Shown one piece after another: positions 14,589 to 23,528 of a stretch of 30,382 bases of DNA (its first letter is position 1; every line of letters starts with the position of its first letter). Under the pieces are notes generated by a model, which did no database searches, was not told where the DNA came from, and saw nothing but the letters and a program-made list of their open reading frames with translations. The stretch lies in the IMG/VR virus record IMGVR_UViG_3300029936_000055. One strand, 5' to 3'. A program made the translations under genes and the position numbers. Origin of the DNA: a virus.

Positions 14589-16627
14589 ACTCGCCATTCC
14601 AGATCCTCGCCCGTGGCAAGACGCACGCCGAGATCCACATCCTGGGCGACATCGGCCAGTCGTGGGACGAGGAAAGCATCACCGCGAAGAAGTTTGTCGA
14701 GCAGCTCCAGCAGATCGAAGCCAGCACCCTGGCGGTGCGGATCAACAGCGCCGGCGGCTCGGTGCCGGACGGGCTGGCGATCTTCAACGCCTTGCGCCGC
14801 CACCCGGCGACCGTGGCCGTGCACGTCGAAGGCGTCGCCGCCAGCATCGCCAGCCTCATCGCGATGGCCGGCGACAGCGTCGAGATCGCCGCCAACGCTC
14901 TGTTGATGATCCACGCGCCGTGGACCGCCACCGCCGGAAACGCGGTGATCCTGCGCGAGACCGCCGACACGCTCGACCGCTTCGCCCGCGCGATGGCCAG
15001 TTCCTACGCCCGCGCCGGTGGGCTCACGCCAGACCAGGCACTGGCGCTGCTCACCGACGGCGTCGACCACTGGTACGGCGCCGACGACGCATTGGCTGCC
15101 GGCCTCGTCGATCGCATCACCCCGGCCGCGAAGGTCGCTGCCTCTGTCGTCTCCCGCTTCGTGCCGCCGGACGATCTGCTCCCGCGCCTGCTGCATCACC
15201 ACACCCCAGCGGCAGCCGCCGCGCCCACTCCGAAAGGAACCCCCATGACTCAAGCATCAACCACGCCGGCGGCTGCGACCACCAAAACGCCCGCTGCCAT
15301 CCTCGATCCGGTCAGCGTCGGCCCGGTCGACGCCGAAGAAATCCGCGCCGAAGCCCTCAAGCACGAAGCCATTCGTCGGCAGAACATCGCCGCGATCGCC
15401 GGCCCGTGGATCAAGGGCGAAGCCGCCCGCACCGACATCCGCGCACTCGTGCAGCGCGCGCAGGACGATCCCGGCAAGTCGATCGAGAGCTTCCGCGGCG
15501 AAATGCTGCAGATGCTCGGCCGCACCGCGCAAGCCCTCGGCGGTGGCCTGGTGATGACCGTCGAGGACGAAGGCGACAAGTTCCGCGCCGCAGCCACCTC
15601 CGGCCTGATGATCCGCGCCGGCCTGGTGCCGAACGACACGACGAACGGCTACCGCGGATACGGCCTGATCGAACTCGCTCGCAACTGCTTGAACCGCCGT
15701 GGCGTCGATTGCTCCGGGATGGGCCGCATGGAAGTCGTGGGCTCCGCCTTCACGCACGGCAACGCCGACTTTACCAACCTGCTCGCCGACGTCGCCAACA
15801 AGGCGATGCTCAAGGGCTGGGAGGAAAGCGAAGAGACCTTCCAGAAGTGGACCAGCCGCGGCACGCTGACCGACTTCAAGGCCGCCAAGCGCGTCGACCT
15901 CAACACCTTCCCGGCGCTCTCGAAGGTCGAGCCGGGCGCCGAGTATCGCTACGTCACCGTCGGCGACCGCGGCGAGACGATCCAGCTTGCCACCTACGGC
16001 AGCCTCTTCAGCATCCACCGCCAGGCCGTCATCAACGACGACCTCGACGCCTTCACGCGTATCCCGGCGAAGATGGGCCGCTCCGCCATCCGCACCGTCG
16101 GCAATCTGGTCTATGCCATTCTCACCGGCAACCCGAACATGGCCGATGGCGTCGCGCTGTTCCACGCCAACCATGGCAACCTGCTGACCGGCGCAGCGAT
16201 CTCGACCGCAGCGGTCGACGCGCTGGCGACGGCGATGGCCCGGCAGACCGATGCGACCGGCACCACGCTCAACATCAATCTCGCGTACTTGATCGTCCCG
16301 CGCACGCTCAAGGGCGTCGCGCAGACCGTCGCGACCGCCGAGAACGAGATCGTCGCCGCGAAGACCGCGACCACGCCGAACTACATGCGCGGCGCCTTTG
16401 AAGTCATCGCCGACCCGCGACTCGACGCGTCGAGCACCTCGAACTGGTTCGGCGCCGCGAATCCGATGGTCAACGACACCATCGAAGTGGCCTACCTCGA
16501 CGGCAACGACACTCCGACGCTCGAGCAGCAAGGTGGCTGGACGGTCGACGGCGTCGAGTTCAAGGTGCGGATCGACGCCGGCGTCAAGGCGCTCGATCAC
16601 CGCGGCCTGGCGAAGAACCCGAACTGA
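14585..16627 (+). CDS. ClpP/S49-type prohead protease fused to linker/scaffold and major capsid protein (680 aa)
   Basis: Protease segment RINSAGGSVPDGLAIFNAL...GVAASIASLIAMAGD. The C-terminal roughly 400 aa is capsid-like. An internal in-frame SD-ATG lies at 15245. Confidence 0.8.
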   Translation: MNSPFQILARGKTHAEIHILGDIGQSWDEESITAKKFVEQLQQIEASTLAVRINSAGGSVPDGLAIFNALRRHPATVAVHVEGVAASIASLIAMAGDSVEIAANALLMIHAPWTATAGNAVILRETADTLDRFARAMASSYARAGGLTPDQALALLTDGVDHWYGADDALAAGLVDRITPAAKVAASVVSRFVPPDDLLPRLLHHHTPAAAAAPTPKGTPMTQASTTPAAATTKTPAAILDPVSVGPVDAEEIRAEALKHEAIRRQNIAAIAGPWIKGEAARTDIRALVQRAQDDPGKSIESFRGEMLQMLGRTAQALGGGLVMTVEDEGDKFRAAATSGLMIRAGLVPNDTTNGYRGYGLIELARNCLNRRGVDCSGMGRMEVVGSAFTHGNADFTNLLADVANKAMLKGWEESEETFQKWTSRGTLTDFKAAKRVDLNTFPALSKVEPGAEYRYVTVGDRGETIQLATYGSLFSIHRQAVINDDLDAFTRIPAKMGRSAIRTVGNLVYAILTGNPNMADGVALFHANHGNLLTGAAISTAAVDALATAMARQTDATGTTLNINLAYLIVPRTLKGVAQTVATAENEIVAAKTATTPNYMRGAFEVIADPRLDASSTSNWFGAANPMVNDTIEVAYLDGNDTPTLEQQGGWTVDGVEFKVRIDAGVKALDHRGLAKNPN

Positions 16628-16697
16628 TCCACGCGGCGCCCACGAACTAACCCACCCGGCGCCGGCACCCGCCGCCGGGCCCTGAAAGGAAAGCACC

Positions 16698-17045
16698 ATG
16701 ACCACTGCTTACGTCCAGGACGGCAACGTCTTGACTCTGACCCCGGCTGCCGCCGTCAACGCCGGCATCGGCTACCTGCACGGCGCGGCCCTCTTCGGTG
16801 TCGCCATCGAGAATGTCCCGATCAGCACGCCCGGGAGCTTCATCTGCTCCGGCGTCGTCACCATCGCCAAGACCTCGGCCCTGGCTATTGCCGTCGGCGA
16901 CCGGCTGTTTTGGGACAGCACCAACAAGGTGGTGAACAAGACCACCACGGCGCAGCAGCAGGTCGGCGTCGCCGTCGAGGCCGCGTCGAACCCGAGTGCG
17001 ACCGTCAAGATGCTGATCGCGCCGGCCCTTCCGGTCGCGACCTGA
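16698..17045 (+). CDS. DUF2190-like protein, probable head decoration or accessory protein (115 aa)
   Basis: AAGGAAA SD. Size, position after the capsid gene and the G/V/A-rich beta-type sequence fit this family. Confidence 0.6.
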   Translation: MTTAYVQDGNVLTLTPAAAVNAGIGYLHGAALFGVAIENVPISTPGSFICSGVVTIAKTSALAIAVGDRLFWDSTNKVVNKTTTAQQQVGVAVEAASNPSATVKMLIAPALPVAT

Positions 17046-17070
17046 GCGGTTCAGCCCGCGCGCGCGGATC

Positions 17071-17499
17071 ATGGGCAGGCCCTACGACTCCCAGACCCGG
17101 TACGACGACCCGTCGTTCACCTACGACGGCGCGTACATCGGCCCGGTCGGCGGAGACCCGGACGAAATAGACGACTGCTACGAGCTGGCGCCGAACGGCT
17201 TTGCGGTGCAGGTCGAACGCGCCGCGCAGCCCTTCGACTCCGGCGAGCCATACGACAGTGACGTCGCCTACGACGGCGACGCCGTCGCCTTCGTCGCCCT
17301 GCTCGATACCGCGGACGATGAATTCTGGTCTGCGGCCGCGGTGGCCACCACGCACACCCTGCGCTACCGCGCCAACGCCGTTACCCTGCGCACCGGCGAT
17401 CAGCTGCAGATCGGCCTCGACGCTTACACCGTGGCGCACGTTCCGCGCCGGATCAACGCCAGCGAAATGCGCGCGCCGCTGACGCTCAACCCTGCATGA
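17071..17499 (+). CDS. Putative head-tail adaptor with an acidic YD-repeat N-terminus (142 aa)
   Basis: Called from position. The C-terminus RTGDQLQIGLDAYTVAHV resembles head-tail joining proteins. Confidence 0.45.
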   Translation: MGRPYDSQTRYDDPSFTYDGAYIGPVGGDPDEIDDCYELAPNGFAVQVERAAQPFDSGEPYDSDVAYDGDAVAFVALLDTADDEFWSAAAVATTHTLRYRANAVTLRTGDQLQIGLDAYTVAHVPRRINASEMRAPLTLNPA

Positions 17500-17509
17500 G
17501 ATCAACGCG

Positions 17510-19051
17510 ATGACCACTGCCTATCCGGCCGCGCTCGACCAGTTCAGCAACCCATCCGGAACCGACCCGAACAACAGCGCGGCGGTGCGGCATTCGACGC
17601 AGCATGCCAACGCGAATGACGCCATCGAGGCGCTGCAGGCGAAGGTCGGCATCGATGACAGCGCGGTGGCGACATCGATCGACAAGCGGTTGGCGGATGT
17701 CGAGACCGTCGCCGATGATGCTACCGCCGATCTGATATCTCACTCTGCGGCGCCAGATCCGCATCCGGCGTACATGCTGGCGGATCAGCACGCCGCGCAG
17801 CACACCGCGCTCGGATTCGTCATCACGGATGCGCGCGATCAGGGATCCGTGATTTATGCGGCTGCCGGCCGGACGGGGCTTACTTTCTCCGGCGGGGCAA
17901 ACACGCCGACGCTCGCCGACTCAGCAGATGGGCTGCAGGTAACGACGCCAGTCGGCGCATACGCCGAGGTGACGCTGCCGCAATTTGCGACCCCTCGCCT
18001 GATCTCCGAGCAGTGGTATCTCGAGGTTTGGTGCAGCGACTGGTCGGCCGTTTCGAGCATGGCCATGTATCTGGGCAGCGTCAGCAACTTCGCGACCAGT
18101 TGGACGAGGACATTCAACGCCAACAACTCGGACAAAACCGGCGAAACGGCGATGGTCGGTACCGGCACGCGCCGTTTGCACAGCGACTTCGCATCGCACG
18201 CGACGCTTGGAAGCCCGGACAAGGCCACCACGATGCTGCAGTACCACAAGCTGCGCATCACGCCAATGGCCGGCCGGCAGGCGACGGTCAGCATCAAGAA
18301 GGTTGTTTTCGACATCCTCGATTCTCCGAGCATTTCGATCACGTTCGACGATGGGTACCAGACCATCATCGACAACGCCCTGCCGGTGTTGGTGGCGCGC
18401 GGACTACGTGGGTCGGCCTGCATCATTCCCGGAAAGATCGGCACAAGCAGCAGATTCGCATCAGTCGCGTCGTGGCTGAACTGGATCGCTGCCGGCAATG
18501 AATGCATTGGACATGGGCCGAATTTCAGCGAGGACAACCTCACCGATGCCGGAACAATCGCCGGTGCCGTCGCGGACATGAACTTTGGCCGCAATTTCCT
18601 TGTACAGAATGGCCTGGCAGTCAACGGTTCGGAAAACGTCTATTGCTGGCCGCAGGGCATTTACACATTTGCCGGAGACAAGCGGGATCCCGGACTGCGC
18701 GACGCCGTTCGCGCGGCGGGGTACGTTGGATCGCGCGGCACCGAATTTTCGTATTTCAACTCTCTGCTGGCCGGCGAGTATCCGAAATGTCTGGCAACGC
18801 CGATTTTCGGATGGGTCAAAAGCGTACCGGACGAGCCTGGAAACATTACGACCCTGCTGGCAAAGATCGATGAAATTTGCGACACGAAGAAGTCAGGCAC
18901 GCTGATGTTCCACGACGTGGAAGCGTCGCCGGACAACGGCAACAACATCACGCTGGCGAATTTCACGACGCTGATGGATCGGATCGCTCTGCGTGTGGCA
19001 CAGGGCAGGTGCATCAATCCGCTGTACTCGCAGCAGATCAAGTGGGCCTGA
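17510..19051 (+). CDS. Fibre-like protein with a C-terminal polysaccharide deacetylase (CE4/NodB)-like domain (513 aa)
   Basis: N-terminus YPAALDQFSNPSGTDPNNS..HSTQHANANDAIEALQAKVG is a common tail-fibre N-terminus. CE4-like motifs are SITFDDGY, IGHG, YCWPQGIY and LMFHDV. Confidence 0.6.
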   Translation: MTTAYPAALDQFSNPSGTDPNNSAAVRHSTQHANANDAIEALQAKVGIDDSAVATSIDKRLADVETVADDATADLISHSAAPDPHPAYMLADQHAAQHTALGFVITDARDQGSVIYAAAGRTGLTFSGGANTPTLADSADGLQVTTPVGAYAEVTLPQFATPRLISEQWYLEVWCSDWSAVSSMAMYLGSVSNFATSWTRTFNANNSDKTGETAMVGTGTRRLHSDFASHATLGSPDKATTMLQYHKLRITPMAGRQATVSIKKVVFDILDSPSISITFDDGYQTIIDNALPVLVARGLRGSACIIPGKIGTSSRFASVASWLNWIAAGNECIGHGPNFSEDNLTDAGTIAGAVADMNFGRNFLVQNGLAVNGSENVYCWPQGIYTFAGDKRDPGLRDAVRAAGYVGSRGTEFSYFNSLLAGEYPKCLATPIFGWVKSVPDEPGNITTLLAKIDEICDTKKSGTLMFHDVEASPDNGNNITLANFTTLMDRIALRVAQGRCINPLYSQQIKWA

Positions 19052-19053
19052 CG

Positions 19054-19467
19054 ATGCTCGCCACCACCGAACCCGCCATCCTCGCCCGCCTGGCGTCCGC
19101 CCTGCCCGGAACCGTCCTGCTCGGCACCTTCAACGACGTCTACCTCACCGACGACTCGCCCTCGACACTGGTCTGCCAAGTCCGCCTGCAGCGCATCGAC
19201 TCCGGCTTCTCGGTGCGCGCCTCGTCGGCGCAAGTCGATCTGCTCTTCAGCTTCTCGATCTTCTGCGACGTCCACCGCGCGACGCCGGCCGATCGCGAGA
19301 CGGCCTACACCCTGCTGCAGCAAGCCGGCGACGCGCTCGTCGGCTGGGAGTACGCCCCTGGGCAAACGCCGGTCCTCGCCGACGGCCCGCAGACCGGCTA
19401 CGACGGGCGAATCCTGCAGATCGGATTCGGCTTCACCGTCGCGGCATTCTTCACCGCAAGCACATAA
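19054..19467 (+). CDS. Putative tail terminator or tail completion protein (137 aa)
   Basis: Called from its position immediately upstream of the tube gene. Confidence 0.4.
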   Translation: MLATTEPAILARLASALPGTVLLGTFNDVYLTDDSPSTLVCQVRLQRIDSGFSVRASSAQVDLLFSFSIFCDVHRATPADRETAYTLLQQAGDALVGWEYAPGQTPVLADGPQTGYDGRILQIGFGFTVAAFFTAST

Positions 19468-19479
19468 AGGAAATCAATC

Positions 19480-20226
19480 ATGGGTGTCGCATTTTTCCCC
19501 AACGCCAAGATCCGGCTCGCTCGGTATTCCGGCGGGTCGTCGTTCGAGGCCCGCAGCTTCTTCGACGTCGAAAACGCCAGCGCGTGCGCCCTCTCGTTCG
19601 AAGAAGAAGAGAAGTCTTTGGCCGACTATCGTTCCGGAACCGGCGGGGTCGACGCATCGATCAAGCGCGTCACCGGGGCCAATGGGAACATGGATTTGCG
19701 CCATTTCACGCCGGAAAACCTCGCAACGATTTTCTGGGGCACGACGGCCACGCTTGCCGCCACCGCTATCGTCGGCGAATCGGGCGGCAAGGTCGGCGCA
19801 GTGGGAAAATTCACGCCGACCAAGCGCTTGATCAATACCAGCATCGCGCCCGTCATCAAGAAAGGTGCGACCACGATCTTGGCTGCCGACTACACAGTAT
19901 CGCCGGGTGGAATCACGTGGAAAACGATCACGACCGGCGGGGTCGCACCCGGCGACGCCATCACGATCGACTACACCCCGCTCGCCGGGGCCTCGGTCGA
20001 AGCGCTGATCAGTTCGGCACCCGATGTCTCGATTCACCTCGAAGGCATCAACCAGGTCGACGGCAATTACTGGATCGTGCGGATTTACAAGGCCAAGCTC
20101 GGCGTGGCCAGCAACGTCCCATTCATCGCCGCCGACTTCGCCGCCGCGGGCGTCAGCTTCACCGCGCAGAAGGACGAGACCGTCCTCAGCGGATCGCAGT
20201 ACTTCTCCGCCGAGTTCGCTTCCTGA
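19480..20226 (+). CDS. Major tail tube protein (248 aa)
   Basis: AAGGAAA SD. Position before the chaperone and tape-measure genes. Confidence 0.65.
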   Translation: MGVAFFPNAKIRLARYSGGSSFEARSFFDVENASACALSFEEEEKSLADYRSGTGGVDASIKRVTGANGNMDLRHFTPENLATIFWGTTATLAATAIVGESGGKVGAVGKFTPTKRLINTSIAPVIKKGATTILAADYTVSPGGITWKTITTGGVAPGDAITIDYTPLAGASVEALISSAPDVSIHLEGINQVDGNYWIVRIYKAKLGVASNVPFIAADFAAAGVSFTAQKDETVLSGSQYFSAEFAS

Positions 20227-20651
20227 TGATGGGCATCCCAGGGGCGGTGCCGGCCGCCCAGATCAGCGCCCGCATTCCGGGCGACCCGGCAACCGAAACG
20301 CTTGAGGTGGGCGACTCCGGTGTGTACCACATCACCGTCCACGAGCTGTCCGTCGGCGAGGTGCGCGCCTGGCTGACCGAGATGGCTTCCCAAGTGCAGC
20401 GCGACCCGCTGCACGCACTGGCCTTCGAGGACATCGGGCTGGACGAGCTGGCGCGGATGACTGACTGGACGGTCGAGCACCTCGAGCGCTTTGCGCCGTC
20501 GCAGCTCGCCGAAGTACTGCGCGTCGCCCGGCGGCTCAATCCGGATTTTTTTCGCATCCGGGGCGTGCTGATCGCGGCAGCGTCCCCGGCAACCCAGACG
20601 GCGCCGCAGAACCCGCCGCAGCCAGCGGAAGCGGACGCGCGCAGCGAATAG
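20226..20651 (+). CDS. Tail assembly chaperone (gpG-like, 141 aa)
   Basis: Called from its position and the slippery site near its 3' end. Confidence 0.65.
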   Translation: MMGIPGAVPAAQISARIPGDPATETLEVGDSGVYHITVHELSVGEVRAWLTEMASQVQRDPLHALAFEDIGLDELARMTDWTVEHLERFAPSQLAEVLRVARRLNPDFFRIRGVLIAAASPATQTAPQNPPQPAEADARSE

Positions 20652-20788
20652 AAGCCGTTCGCCGGCTCGACCGCACGCTGGCGCTGCTCGTGCAGCGCGG
20701 ACACGCCGCGATCCTCGGCTACCCGTGGAGCCTGTACCTGGCCGCGGTGGCCCTGGCGCTCGAGACTGAACCAGGCAGCAGGAGGTAG
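20226..20788 (+). CDS. Tail assembly chaperone -1 frameshift product (gpGT-like; join 20226..20552, 20552..20788)
   Basis: The -1 frame was translated codon by codon from 20552 to TAG 20786..20788 and contains no stop. Confidence 0.55.
20546..20552 (+). other. Slippery heptamer T_TTT_TTT in the zero frame
   Basis: Zero-frame codons read gaT TTT TTT cgc. Confidence 0.55.
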
Positions 20789-20796
20789 AACCCAAA

Positions 20797-23010
20797 ATGG
20801 CCGGACCGCAAACCAAGGTCGTCATCGGCGGCGACGCATCCGGCGCACTCAAGGCCATCCAGCAGACGCAGGCGGCGCTCAGTAGCGCCGGCCAGCAGTT
20901 CACCAGCGCCTTCACGCCGCTGACGGCTGGCGTCAAGGGCTTCCAGGCCGCCATCGCCGGACTCTCTACCGCCCTGGCCGGCGGCGCCCTCTTCAAATCC
21001 TCGCTGTCGGCCGCCAACGAGTGGAATGCGACGGTCGGCAAGATCGCCCGCGCGATGGGGACGACCAGCGAAAGCGCCTCGGTCATGGCCGTGGCGATGG
21101 AGCGTCTCGGCATCGAGTCCGATGTCGTCGTCAAGGCGACGGTCGCGATGACGCGGCAGCTCGGTTCCAACGAAGACGCCTTCAAGCGCCTGGGCGTGCA
21201 GACGCGCGATCTGACGACCGGTGCGCTCCTGCCGGCCGGGCAGATCATGAATCAGGTGAACCAGCGCCTGAGCGAGATCGGCAACGCGACCGAGCGCAAC
21301 CTCGCCGGACTCGAGATTTACGGCCGCGCTTGGTACGAAGTCCAGGGCGTGCTGCGCATCACCTCCGAGCAGCTCCGCGAAGCCGAACGCCGCGCGCGCG
21401 ACCTCGGGCTTGTGGTCGGCTCCGACTCCGTCGCCGCTACCAAGCAGTTCAAGCTGCAGCTCGCCGACCTCTCGCTGGTCTCCAAGTCGCTCCAGGTGCG
21501 CCTGGGCAACGAGCTGCTGCCCACCTTCGTGCAATTCGGTGCCTGGGTCGCGAAGGAAGGGCCGACGATCGGCCGCGGACTGCGCATCGTTTTCGAGGCC
21601 GCGACCACCGGCGCGCAGGTCGCTTTCACCGTTGTCAAGGATCTCGGCGACGCACTGGCCGCCTTCGCCGCATCGGCAGCCGCCCTGTTGCGCGGCGATC
21701 TGGCCGCATTCGGCGCCATCCGCGCCGCGCGCGAGGAAGAAGCCGACAAGAACCGGCAGGCGCTGCGGGAAGTGCTCGACAACGTCGGCAAGATCCCGAA
21801 CAAGGAAGCCGAGATCGGCGCCGAACGCAAGCGCCTGCAGTCCGAACTGCAGACGCAGCTCGGAAATCTGGAGTTCCTGCGCGCCGTCGCTGCCGGCAAG
21901 GCGTCGCTGCAGATCGTCGAAGAAGACCAGAAGCAGACCGACGCGCGCATCAAGAACGCCGAGAAGCTGCGCGATGCGCTGCAGAACGCCTGGCAACGCA
22001 CCGTCGAGGACGCGCGCAAGGCCGGCGAGGAAGCCACCAAGCTGCTCGACAAGGCGGCACAGACGCGCGAAAGCGGCAAGCAAAGCGCCGACGAGATCCG
22101 CCGCGGCACGCTGGACAAGGAGTCGCAGGACTTCCTGAACCAGCGCGACGCGCAAGAGCGCACGTCCGCCGCCGTGCAGGCCGCGCTGCAAGCCAAGCTG
22201 GCAGCCAACTACGGCCGCACCGAGAACGCGGCCAAGCTGGCCGACACGGCGACGAAGGAGGCCGAGCGCGCCGCCCGGCTCGTGCAGAAGGTCGTCGACC
22301 CGGAACAAAAGGCGCGCCTCACTGAAGACCTGTCCGAAGCGCAGGCCCGCGCCGACGAAGCCCGCGCCCGGATCAAGCAGGACGAGGCGGCCAAGGCGAC
22401 CGACCAGGCCGCGTCGATCCAGCAGAAACTCGTCGAAGTCGATGCGCAGATCACCGAGCTGCAGAACAAAGCCGCCAATATCGCACTGCAGGTGCAGATC
22501 GACCAGGCCGAACAGGCCATCGCCGCCATCCAGGCGCAGCTCGACGCCATCCAGGACAAGGTCGTAACCGTCACGGTGCGCCAGGTCCGCGAAGGCGGCG
22601 GCAGCGCCACGGCGGACGAGATGGCGCAGTTCGACGCCGCCGCCGCCGCATCCGGATTCGCCCGCGGCGGATTCACCGGCCGCGGTGGCAAGTACGACCC
22701 GGCCGGCATCGTCCACCGCGGCGAGTTCGTCATCCCGTCCGAGATCGTCGCGCAGCGCGGCGCGCTCGCCTTCCTGCAGCGGCTACTCCGGCAAGGCGTT
22801 TCCGCCCTGCCCGGCTACGCCGACGGTGGGCTAGTCGGCCGCTTGTCCATCCCGACGCTGCGCCAGTCCGCGCCGGCCGCCGCGCGCGCCGCCGCGGTGT
22901 TCAACTTCCCCGGCATGGGTCGTTACGAGACCAGCATGGACGCCTACAACTTTGACCGCCTGCAGCGCGATTTCGCCCGCGCCGCACTCAAATGGGGTGG
23001 CCGTCGGTGA
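20797..23010 (+). CDS. Tape measure protein (737 aa)
   Basis: AGGAGG SD. It is long, Ala/Gln/Glu-rich and helical, with a typical C-terminus (GIVHRGEFVIPSE). Confidence 0.85.
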   Translation: MAGPQTKVVIGGDASGALKAIQQTQAALSSAGQQFTSAFTPLTAGVKGFQAAIAGLSTALAGGALFKSSLSAANEWNATVGKIARAMGTTSESASVMAVAMERLGIESDVVVKATVAMTRQLGSNEDAFKRLGVQTRDLTTGALLPAGQIMNQVNQRLSEIGNATERNLAGLEIYGRAWYEVQGVLRITSEQLREAERRARDLGLVVGSDSVAATKQFKLQLADLSLVSKSLQVRLGNELLPTFVQFGAWVAKEGPTIGRGLRIVFEAATTGAQVAFTVVKDLGDALAAFAASAAALLRGDLAAFGAIRAAREEEADKNRQALREVLDNVGKIPNKEAEIGAERKRLQSELQTQLGNLEFLRAVAAGKASLQIVEEDQKQTDARIKNAEKLRDALQNAWQRTVEDARKAGEEATKLLDKAAQTRESGKQSADEIRRGTLDKESQDFLNQRDAQERTSAAVQAALQAKLAANYGRTENAAKLADTATKEAERAARLVQKVVDPEQKARLTEDLSEAQARADEARARIKQDEAAKATDQAASIQQKLVEVDAQITELQNKAANIALQVQIDQAEQAIAAIQAQLDAIQDKVVTVTVRQVREGGGSATADEMAQFDAAAAASGFARGGFTGRGGKYDPAGIVHRGEFVIPSEIVAQRGALAFLQRLLRQGVSALPGYADGGLVGRLSIPTLRQSAPAAARAAAVFNFPGMGRYETSMDAYNFDRLQRDFARAALKWGGRR

Positions 23011-23525
23011 AAACCCTCAAGATCGGCAGCATTGAGATCCCGCTCCGCAGCGCGCTCGATTGTGCGACCGCGTACGAGCAGATCGGCGGCGAGACGATTT
23101 TGCGCACGATCAACGGCAGCGGCATCCGGCAGGAGACCTGGAAGAAGCTGCGCGCCACGGTCAGCGGCAGCGGCTGGATTCCGCCCGGCCTCGACGCCGT
23201 CGACAGCACGCAGCAGCAGGTCGTCGCCTTTGCCGCGCCGCTGGCCGTCACCTGCGACGGCAGCCGGCAGGCGACGCTGCCCGCGGGACGGCGCAGCGAT
23301 TCCGGCTACACGCCGTGGGCCATCGCGCTGCTCGCCGACGGCGGCATCATCGACACGCCGGTCGCCGTGGTCGGCGACACCGCTACCGCCGACGCCGTGG
23401 CGGACGCCATTGGCTATCAGGCGTGGTACTACCCGCAGATCACCGCCTGGGTCAGCAGGCCGTCGCAAAGCCTCGAGCATCAGACGGCCACCTGGTCGTG
23501 GGAACTCTTCGTCGAGCAGGTCTGA
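23007..23525 (+). CDS. Distal/minor tail protein (172 aa from a GTGA-coupled GTG; an alternative start is at 22992)
   Basis: Called from its position after the tape measure gene. Confidence 0.5.
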   Translation: MKTLKIGSIEIPLRSALDCATAYEQIGGETILRTINGSGIRQETWKKLRATVSGSGWIPPGLDAVDSTQQQVVAFAAPLAVTCDGSRQATLPAGRRSDSGYTPWAIALLADGGIIDTPVAVVGDTATADAVADAIGYQAWYYPQITAWVSRPSQSLEHQTATWSWELFVEQV

Positions 23526-23528
23526 AGC

